Shown piece after piece: positions 36,638 to 46,563 of a stretch of DNA of 64,000 nt. The stretch is from Catajapyx aquilonaris (taxonomy: Eukaryota). A program made the position numbers and the translations under genes. The stretch is taken from assembly GCA_000934665.2 (NCBI GenBank), contig JYFJ02001337.1:1-64000 (forward strand), read 5' to 3'. The notes beneath the pieces were generated by a model. It was given only the letters and a program-made list of their open reading frames with translations, ran no database searches and was not told the origin of the DNA. Numbering within the stretch: the stretch's first letter is position 1; each line of letters begins with the position of its first letter.

Positions 36638-39600
36638 TCAGTCACACGAGCCATTCTCCCACCCATACTTCCACCTCTGGCCAACCAGACTGCAGTCAAA
36701 CTCTGGCTTTCCCATTTTTCTGTTCACTTTGTTGTGTGCTCTGCACATCCACTGGGACAGATCATGACTTGATTTCACCTCTGGAGGATCATTTTTTATC
36801 CTGAAGGCATGAGAGAATATTATCAGCATTAGTGTAATAACAACATTGAGGATAATAAAAACAGACACCTCAAAAATACAAAAGCAGCTACACAATTTCA
36901 AGCACACACCCACAAATGACGTAATGCCTTTGGGACAGGAAAGGCATGGGCTAGGGATTTTGAAGGATTCATGTTACGGTATGTGGAAGAATTATAATTG
37001 AAAATGGGAGTACAATATTAGGGTGGCATGATCCAAGTTGTGCATTATTTACATTATTGTATTATCGTATTTACATGGCTCATTAATTATACAAGGTGAC
37101 CATAAAGTCCCATTCCATAGAGGACGAAACAACTATAGATCCACTAAGGGCCGGTTTCACCGAGCTCGGTATATGATAAAACCAGGGTTCTTTCGGAAAA
37201 TCCCTACATATTTGTATGGATTTTCCTAAAGAAACCTGGTTTTATCATATACCGAGCTCGGTGAAACTGGTCCTAAGTAGCTTAAAATCCTTTGTGTAAA
37301 GCCTTAGGAACACTCTCAACTACTGAACATACTTTGTAAACTATAAACATTGCAGCTGTATCATTGCAGGTGACTTGCAATATGCATAATTACTCTTTTA
37401 ATTCCTGACTTCATTAATTTTCACCTCACAGACGATGGATTTCAATTGTAGGAGGAAACACGGGGACCCTGAGAAATCCCATGCAAACATGGAAGGAACC
37501 CATCAAACTGCTTTCCACATGAGACATGCCTCTGCCCAATCCAGAATCAAACTTGGAACCGCAGAGGTGGAAGGCAGCTGTGGGGTACCACTATGCCAGA
37601 GTTTGAACATAGCAAATTCATGTAAAAGGGATGTGATGTCTTACTTTGACAGAAACAATCTGCATTAGATATGATGAAAACGTCTGCTGTCAGATCTCAG
37701 GCACACATTGTACATTATGCTACATATTAGAAGGGGGAAAAAAAACCTCTGCAGCATAATATGCAGGTACATTGCTGAAGTCTCAAGCTTGTTGTTCTCT
37801 TTCAGCTGTTCAGTTGTCCCAGATCAGTAATGGCTGATTTTCAGCAAGTTTGTGACTCAGTTGATGACTAGTAACTTTAGCATATCTACACTGTAATTCA
37901 TGTACCAACTATGTCCTGATTCCAAGCTAGTACACATGGCCTTAGCCAGTACATAGTCAGGGCACAACAGGTACAGAGCCTCATGTCCTAACTGTAGTCA
38001 GTACACAGATGGCCCACACTTCCAGATGGTATCGAGATGGTACCTAGATGGTATATTGAGGAACCTTGAGTACACGTGTCATCAACAGGATTTAGGAAGA
38101 GGGGGACAAAAAAACTAACTCAGACCTTTTATTTCCAAGCTCCTTCTTTAAAAATTTGCTTGAGAAACGTTGGCCCATTGGCAAAGCCTTTGAAAATAAT
38201 GCAAGATTTTTTTCTGCGGGGGATGCAATAAGAGAAGGGGGAGAGGTGGCGGTAATAAAAAGGGGAAGGGGCTCGGGTGGTTGGGGGGGGGATTTGAAAT
38301 TTTTGACTACGCAGCTGCACGCACACCTGCTGATGTTTACGTCATAATTATAACTGTTTGCTAGTCAGGACATCAGTCAGTACCCAGATAGTATTTTGCG
38401 ATAGCGAAATACCATATCGGAGATGGTACACGAGTTGGTACATGAATTACAGTGTATGCTTCTAGCATGATGAAGTGAACAATGCATCATATGGCAACAG
38501 TCCAACCAAGTCCAACAAACTCACAACAACTGTGAGATTGCAGCACCTTTCAGTCATGTGCATTCGCATGTTTTTTCTAAAATCACATGCAAGATGCACC
38601 TGTGAGCTTGCAGCGGTCATTTTCAACATCATATCTAATGCAGATTACTATCATGAAGGAGGCCGTCCCATCCACTACATATTATATTTAATATCATAAT
38701 ATGTTAAAACTCTCCAAAGTAATTTTTGTTAACCAGTGGTTGCACCCTATAGTATTTACAGAGATTTAAAAAAAAAACTCTGGTGGTCCTACATTATTAT
38801 GAAGGCTTCTGCTGGCACACATACCATTACAAACACAGTTGCATGCCTATCACATTTTGATTGGATTTCCATCTAACGAGGAATGGGACAGCTTAGAGTA
38901 AACCTACAACCAGTCAAACATGGAAAGAAGAATTAATTTGGTGTAATGATGAATGTTGGTCTTGGAGGTTGCCTGCAAGAAAATACAGTGCTCCATGTTG
39001 TACATTAAATTAACTCTTATGGTTTCTGCAGTGAAAATTTGAGTTCCATCTTTCCCCTTTACCAATCAGTGAACATCAGGCAAGCCACCAGTGTAATACC
39101 ATTAGCTCTTGGTCATACTTACTCTTCTCTGAAATCGCTGGCACAATGGTTGCATGGGTAAAATTGTGACAAGAGGTGGATGAACTGGTCCATGTTAGTT
39201 TGCTGCTGCAATGTTGGCTTACTTGGATAGTAGGCTGCCATGGTGTGTAGAAATGACCACGTGTGAACACCTTAATGGAGTATATCAAATGAAAATGGTT
39301 AAATTAGCTGCACAATATTCATATGCCATCAGTTACATACCTAGTTCATCCTTGTCTAGAGGGCAATCTTTGCGAGCTGATGAGCGGAACAATGACATAT
39401 TTCCAGTTTGGTTCTGAAAAAGAGAGGCCATCAGTTATTGATGCATACTAAACTCAAGACAAGCCTAAAAGATTGGAAGGGGTTACACCTTAAGAGAACA
39501 TTACTTAAGCTTTCATTGCAAATTGAAAAGCACTCTAAAAGTATTTGGGAAAATGATTGCAAATAGCACCTGCACTAAAATGCCACTCAGGACTCATAAT

Positions 39601-40138
39601 TACACTATGCATTACAGAACATTGCTGAAAAATGCAGGTGGGCCAATGTAATCAAACTGACCAACAGACTAGGCGTATCCATCAGAAGGCATCTATAGTC
39701 TAGGTATCCTAATATCCCACACTCTTGCTAACTGATTGGGTAAGTCTGCAAGGTTCCAGATGAAATGGTTACTATATTACATGCACCAGTCTATTGCATT
39801 GTATTATTGCATCATTGAATAATGATAGAATCTTCAAGTCTCATTTGCAATATCATAGAACAATACCTCAAAGTTGTAAAATATTGAAAGCTGTTTACTT
39901 CTGCATTGTTTGTTGACTTAGTGTCATCTTGCTTGTCCTTTTTCGCATTTTCTTCCCCTTTCTCCTTTCCCATAGCCCAGGTGTGGAAGTCAGTGCAAGC
40001 TCTGCAAGCTCCTTCTTCCTCCAAGGGTGATCCTCCACCTTCCTCCTCGTAATGTACTTTCCGTGCTTTCCGGCTTCTTCCACCTGACTCTCTTCCTCCT
40101 CTGAGCCCCCCAGGAAACCATTCTTCACTTCGAGACAT
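36638..40138 (-). CDS. GFER: FAD-linked sulfhydryl oxidase Erv1/ALR, 4 coding exons, 207 aa
   Basis: Exons are 40138-39899, 39413-39341, 39270-39123 and 36800-36638. Motifs: shuttle [29 protein letters not shown], redox [44 protein letters not shown]. Confidence 0.95.
37148..37273. mobile_element. 126-bp PIF/Harbinger (Tourist-like) MITE, near-perfect hairpin, TAA TSD
   Basis: taa|gggccggtttcaccgagctcggtatatgataaaaccagg...cctggttttatcatataccgagctcggtgaaactggtcc|taa. Confidence 0.85.
37432..37598 (-). mobile_element. tRNA-derived SINE with V-domain-like core
   Basis: The minus strand has an A-box-like tggcatagtggt and a B-box-like aagtttgattc. These are followed by gtttgatgggttccttccatgtttgcatgggatttctcagggtccccgtgtttcctcctaca, which resembles the recalled V-SINE core (gtttgcatgttctccccgtgtctgcgtgggtttcctccgggtgctccggtttcctcccaca). 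Confidence 0.6.
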
Positions 40139-41022
40139 GTCACGCACATAAGGTGTGTAGGGTAACTCTTCTTAACACACACCAACCGTGCAATAGTAGT
40201 TGACAGGACACTTTATGTTCCAAATTCTGAATTGGAGGAAAGATAAGATAGATCAGTTTATTGCATGTATGTTACTAGGCTCAGAAAGCATTGTAAAGTA
40301 GCAGGAGTGTTCTTTGCAATGGTCAAATTCACGATGATGAATGTATAGAACACGATGCAGGAAGAGTTTAGGCTCATATGGTATGTGGCAATAATTTTTT
40401 TAGAAAGCTTGTTCTCAATGATATTGGAAGAAAAAATTAAACTCAGACATTGGTGGCTTCATACAGTAAGGTACGTGCCATGCAGCTTAGTTAATCGTTA
40501 ATGTGTAACGGAAACATTGCACTGTTTGCTGGCCCCTCCTGCCATGGTAACTTACTCTTACATCCAATCATGAATTCAGCATGGTAACGGCCAAGCAACC
40601 ACTGCAACCATGCAGTAAACATCCCACAGCAATCCCTGCCCACAACATGCCTTCCCTGTACTCATAAACGCAGATCCCGTTGTGGGGAAGCCTCCCATTC
40701 CATTTTCTCACCCCGTTCTTGTAAATCTCCTCCGTACCTTCGCCTGCCCAGCCAGTCTTCGTCCACTCCACCAGTTGCTTAACTTCCCGGCCAGATTACA
40801 TCATCCCAAGTGGCATCTTCATTCTTGTTCAAAATGCAGCATGGCGGACAGCGATGCTCTTCTGTCTGGACAAGGGAACCACTGTGAGAGGAAGGAACGG
40901 ACCACACGCCTGATCGCAATACAAGGGAACGGACGGACTGGTGTTTCTGGAACATCTCAAGGGATCCAAAGAATAACCTTTGGTCAGTGAGTCCCTCCAG
41001 TTGCAGTACTTCTCATCCAGGG

Positions 41023-41502
41023 ATGGCGGCAGCTGGGCAGAGGGGATGTGAGTTGATTGCTGGCCGATTCATTACACGCCCTCTTGGCAATGTAATATTA
41101 ATGGTATTGTTCCATTGCGTTCAGTGAGTGCCCTCCTGAAGAGGGGCTGGAATGAAATCCCTGTTGTGCTGGCCACCTCTGTCATGGCTGTTTCTGGTGA
41201 GTTTAATCAAGGAGGTTAGGGAGGTCAAGAGTTCAGGTATTGCTTGGAGAACATTTCCCCCAAATGTACTGAGGCGCAACCGACACCCCCCATAAATGGG
41301 TGTCCCAGGAGAATATAGGGGATGTTTCTTTGATACATAAGTAATAATATTCTCTCCATTACTCTGTGTAGGATGGACCATGACAGCCTATGCTCTGTAC
41401 CTTTACTACTCAAAAGGGCTTGATAATCGTCGGTACAAAAAGTACTACACTGTGTACCGACCAGATGACCCAAGGGTTAAGGACATCCGCACAGACTGCT
41501 GA
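41023..41502 (+). CDS. NDUFA3: Mitochondrial complex I accessory subunit NDUFA3-like (arthropod CG9034-type), 3 coding exons, 75 aa
   Basis: Exons 41023-41047, 41125-41196 and 41372-41502 (gtgagt donors) give MAAAGQRGLSALLKRGWNEIPVVLATSVMAVSGWTMTAYALYLYYSKGLDNRRYKKYYTVYRPDDPRVKDIRTDC*. It has one TM helix and aligns without gaps to the recalled Drosophila CG9034 (LLKRAWNEIP...YYAKDGDNRRYK..YVVYRHDDPR). Confidence 0.85.
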
Positions 41503-41908
41503 AGAAGGAAGTAAAGGTAATAAGTGAAGCTGATTCGGTTGAAGCTTGAAGTATGTGAAGTTGAAAACTTAAATGTTCCTTTTTGCAGGTCCTGCAATCG
41601 GCAATTAGAAGGATGAATTGGTAGTGAAATACAGTTAACAGCAAGGAAGAGCTGTACCTTTTGAAAATATATCTTGCAATAACCTTCACACACACTCTTT
41701 CTTGTAACTCGGCTTTCTTTTAGGAAATTTCAGAAAAGGGAAGCTCAATACTTTGAATTTGCCTCTGATTACCTTTGATGTGCTACATTATCAGTAGGTA
41801 ACAGTTTTAGTACTGCATTAGTTACGTGGTGCAGCATGGAGAGGTCAAAGCAAAGTGTAAATAAATATTTTTGTTGATAACTTTTGTAGAGGAATTTTTC
41901 TTGATTTA

Positions 41909-42276
41909 CACTGTAGCATCGATTATCCGAACAGAGTCTGCCCAGGGGGTGTTCGGATAACTGATTGTTCGGATAACTGATTGTTCGGATAACCGATCAT
42001 TTACGAGGGGAAATTGTACTGGTGTCATAGGAGCAATATGAAACTAAGAAACAGTGATATTAACCACAAAACTGTATATTTTCTGTCACAAGCACGTCTT
42101 AAAAAAGACTGTACATATACCATACTGTCCTTACATGAACCAGTCCTACAGTTTAGGGGGAAAAAAGGCCAATTTCTTTTGCTTCAGAGCCGAGGCTCGT
42201 TTTTTTTGCCGACCTGAAAACGTTCGGTTAACCAATGGTTCGGTTGATCGGAGTTCGGATAATCGATGCTCCACTG
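41909..42276. mobile_element. Tigger/pogo-like MITE (TA TSD, about 24-bp TIR)
   Basis: ta|cactgtagcatcgattatccgaac ... gttcggataatcgatgctccactg|ta, with internal tandem copies of gttcggataactgatt. Confidence 0.8.
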
Positions 42277-43380
42277 TATAATGAAATATGCTCATGTTTG
42301 TGTGCTTTGTTATTCTGTGCTTCAACAATAGATAGACCCTACTAGTCATAGATGCTAACTCACAAAAGTTGTGTATATACCATGTGTTTCAAAATTAGCT
42401 CTCATCCATGTCAGTGGAAATGTTGCAGACGCACATGAACTCTGCTTGGCCCCATAAGGAAGAGAGGGGAGCTGCACACATGTGAACGTGCATTTAGTTA
42501 TTTTGTCATGCTGATATATGGTCAGTGGACTCAGATGCAGGATTGCCAAGTTACAGCATTAGCAGCTGTGATATTGTCAGCAATATGGGTGTCACCTAAA
42601 TTTTATAGCTCATAGTATGTTTGAAGGATCATCCTGTGGGTCAGATATTTTTCCACTGTTGGGGAGTATTAAGGCCAAAACACAAAAAGATTTTGCGGCA
42701 GCGACAAGCGGCAAACGCCTGCCCTGCCAATTGTTATTAATTATTGGCAATAATAAATATAAATAATAAATATGCTGCAACGCGCACCGTTTGCCGCGCG
42801 TTTTTTTTTTGTGAAATGGCCTTTATGGTATACAGCACGGCTATTCAATTGCTGGACCGCAGTCCAGATCCGGACCGTGGCGCAATTTTGTCCAGACTGC
42901 GACGGTATACAGGACAGTTTGAAATAGCATTAGAAATTACTAATTCATGATTTTTTGGAAAAAGTGCTACTAATTTCATCTAATACACACCCATTCAAAT
43001 TTCCTACATTCACCTAAGCTCGTGTGACCTTGAACCCAAAAATTTCCACCTGCGGCAGCCTTGCTTCCCGCCCATTACGGCTTGTTCACCTTGTGCTTAT
43101 GAAATGGGCCCCCCTCTGAAATTTTTTTCTGCCTATGTGCCTGTACAGGTCATCATAAAGGGTGAAAATGTCTTAATTATATCCTGTCTTGATAGCCCCT
43201 TCTACCCTTGCTGCACATGTTTCTATTTTCAAAAATGAACCCTGTGGTACCATATAGTCCACATCTTCACCCCGGGACACATGCAGCAACACACATGTAG
43301 GGAGATCTAACAGATGGACACCTAACAGAGGTTGCCTAGGGAGCAGGATATGAGCGTGATAATCGCTTCTCTGAAGGAGG

Positions 43381-43464
<84 letters not shown>

Positions 43465-43470
43465 CCATCA
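43381..43470. repeat. (CAT)~29 microsatellite
   Basis: Direct reading. It produces the poly-Ile ORF 43332-43520. Confidence 0.97.
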
Positions 43471-44461
43471 CGACATTTCCCTATGAGGGGCAGTCAGCGA
43501 TGACGGGTGCCACAAGCTAACCCAAAATATTAACTAAATTAAAACTTGTAAAAAACCTATAAACAACCCATCCCACCCCCCACCCCAGCCCATCTCAGAC
43601 GACACACTCTCAATATTAAAATATTACACTATGCAACGCGGTACTTTGAGAAATTAAGTGTCCCCCACCCCCCTGGAAGAGGAATCAGCAACTGTTAAAT
43701 TCCTCCAAGTGACTAGAATATTCTCCTCCAAACGACCAGAACACCCACAGGCCAGCGAGAAGAACCAGCATGTGGAAATCCACACTCGAACTCCAAGCGC
43801 TGTGCAGGACAGAGAGAGGGGCAGATACCCTTGCAAGCATGACTACCGGTGTCAACCTATGCATTACTGTGCAAGAGATATTTGCCAAACTTGTAGTTCT
43901 GCACAGCACCCAGAGTCCGAGTATGAACTTCCAAACGCCGACTCTTCCCACCAACCTGGAAACATTCCAGCCATTCGGAAGTATTCCCATCAGCCACGTT
44001 TATCACTCATATCATGCTCCCAAGCACCATGTAAGTTTTGCAACATATCAAATGACAGTAATCATCCCTTCCTGTCCCACCTGCAGTATTTCGAGAGCAG
44101 ATTTCAGGCCCACATTGTTGCAGTTTGATACAAAAAAAATGTGTTTTAATGTCCAAAAGAAGTAAAAGATGTGGCAATCAGTGGGAATTATACTGTGGTG
44201 CCCTTTGTAAGTCCACAGTTCAAGAGGGGGGTTGATAAAGAAGGCCTGGATTGCTTCTTCCAGCAATCAATTAAAAGTGAAGCAACAATTTCAACCCATT
44301 TGTTGTTTCCAGCAGGTTGATTCTCTTTCATATGGCTACTGGGGTGAACAACCCAAATCTTCACACATAATTATTAATTTTGGAGGTTTTATGTCTATGT
44401 GTATTGGAACATGCATAAATAATATCTGGCTGTCATCATAACTGCAAAGAACAACAAGTAT

Positions 44462-44582
44462 CTAGGGTGGAATTTTCGTCCCACTGGCCACTGCTAGTTA
44501 CTACTAACTTAGCAGTACAGTGTTGGCACTGGTACTGCTAAGTGAGCAGTATCTAGCAGTGGGAGGAAAATTCGACACCTAG
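44462..44582. mobile_element. Small fold-back element/MITE
   Basis: ctagggtggaattttcgtcccactg ... cagtgggaggaaaattcgacacctag, with an inner hairpin cttagcagtac...gtactgctaag. Confidence 0.6.
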
Positions 44583-44833
44583 TGTCTGGTAATGTGGGAA
44601 TGATCTGAAATATTTAGGATTATACATTGCAATAATTACTCCACAAGCAGTGATGAACACTTACAGTAAAGGAACTTGTAATGCACTGTCAGTTGCAGGT
44701 AAGCATTGAACATGGTTTTATATTGCGTTCATCACGGTTTCGCATAGCAAACCTGTAGGTGAGTTTAGGCAAAGTAAGGTGGCATACACTTGTACAGTAC
44801 GTACAGTACTATCTTGTCAACTTTGTCCTACTA

Positions 44834-45116
44834 CAGGTCCTCCGAAACTGTGGGTTGCACCCCAAATGGGGTCGTAAACATAATATTTGGGATTGCAAGG
44901 GTGGGTAACAAATTAGTTGTACAACATGATATATGATTCTATATTCTCTGTGGAAAAATATGCCCGTAATCGTAAATGACAAGATGTGTTAATTTAGTGA
45001 CTATTTGTCATTGACTATAGCTGAGGGGGATAGGGTTGAATTATTGGAAATTAGGGGTCGCGAATTTTACGAGGCGATTTTCTGGGGTCGCCAACGAATA
45101 AGATTGGGAAGCACTG
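44834..45116. mobile_element. hAT (Charlie-like) MITE with 8-bp TSD
   Basis: The TSDs are tcctacta / tcctacaa (7/8 match) and the termini are caggtcctccgaaac / gattgggaagcactg. Internal ggggtcg repeats are present. Confidence 0.7.
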
Positions 45117-46523
45117 TCCTACAACAAAGTGCTGCAAGGGATTGTTCCTTGTTCGATTGGTCAGTTGCGCGTATATTTCACAAAACAAAGAAGGATGTAC
45201 AGTATTTCATTTTATCAGCGTGTAACTGGGATTGACCTGTTCCTGGGCATTGTAATTAAAAGAATGATTTTTCCCACACGTTATAATTTAAAAATGATAT
45301 GGTATGACATGACACTTAGGCCAGCCTGTGGATAGTCTTCAAGCTGAAATAATTAGGCTGTAACCTACAGTACTTTCACATACAAAATGTTAAGAGATTA
45401 CATTACTCGCCAAGCTTGCATCAGAAGGTTCAAAAAGGTTTCATCAAACATTGTGAAGTAAATATTGGAACATGTTCATTATTTACACTATAATCTAATA
45501 AGTAAGGTGGTCATTGTATTAAGAGGACCTTATCATTCAAAACCATCCACTTTGTGACATTTAAACAACAATCTGGAAGTTCATATTTCATTGCAGCAAA
45601 TAAAATAATGATGTAGTAAGCCCTCTTTTACTTGTGCCAGGTAGTACGGAAGCACTTAGCTCTTTACTAGGTGATGTATTCAATAATTAATTTGTAAGTA
45701 TTTTTATGGCTTTACTTTTATACATATACTGCAGTGACGTCACTGAGTTGCGTGAAAAGCTCCCTCAATATTTTTATTAAGATCAGTTCGATGATGATAC
45801 TGCCACCCGACAACACAACTACCTCTCAGGTGAACTGCCCAACATCGCGAGCTGCGTGTAAACGTAGCCTACTCCGACTATTTGCACGGATGTGTGCCAT
45901 GCTATCCAAATAGATTACGAAATCCTCAGGGTAGATTAGAGAATCACCACGGACGTGACCTGTGGGACTGTGGGAGTCTTGTGGTTCGGTGCGCATCATC
46001 CTCCGTAAGCACTGATGCCTCATGCAGGTGAATAGTGGTCAAGCTGCTGCACGCTGAACAATAATTATTGTCATTGCATAATATCAGCCAAACCGTCTTC
46101 AGCATCGTCCTCAAAGCACTAGAACGGCGAACGAAGCTCCCACATACTACTGTACGGTATACATTTGAGGAGTTAGGCTATGGGGAGATTTCAGGGCCAT
46201 TTTGGTTTTGCAATGTCAGGAAGTAAATGTTATTTTTTTTACTGAAACAGCTATTTGGTCAGTATGCTCTGTGGATTCATTCCACTAGGAGGATTTCCAT
46301 GGGAAATCTCGTACCAGTAGTCTAATGAATAATCATGTGACAGTCGCCGGAGTGATGCTTGCAATGTAAAAAATTACATCAATATTATAACAAAACCCTC
46401 AAATACCGCATAAATAATACTGGCTTCATAGTGTCTGATTTGTTATTTTACTATTTTATGCAACCCTACGTAGTATAAATCGTAAATTACTATGTAGGCC
46501 TACATTGTAAGTGGGCCTATACG

Positions 46524-46563
46524 CCAGGCCTACGCTATAGACATGTCTATAGCGTAGGCCTGG
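46524..46563. repeat. Perfect 40-bp palindrome
   Basis: ccaggcctacgctatagaca|tgtctatagcgtaggcctgg, with no spacer. Confidence 0.95.

Noticed and set aside
40560..41020. Possible pogo/Tigger DDE remnant on the minus strand (DQ..VRSF-like)
   Set aside because: The similarity is too weak and needs several frameshifts. The region is better explained as the ALR/NDUFA3 promoter and UTRs.
43332..43520. Poly-Ile ORF; likewise the poly-Leu tail of ORF 20681-21043
   Set aside because: Both are translations of (CAT)n and (AAT)n microsatellites.
45415..45490. Candidate C/D snoRNA (minus-strand TGATGA...CTGA)
   Set aside because: The boxes are only about 16 nt apart, there is no proper 5' box C or stem, and no rRNA-complementary guide was recognised.
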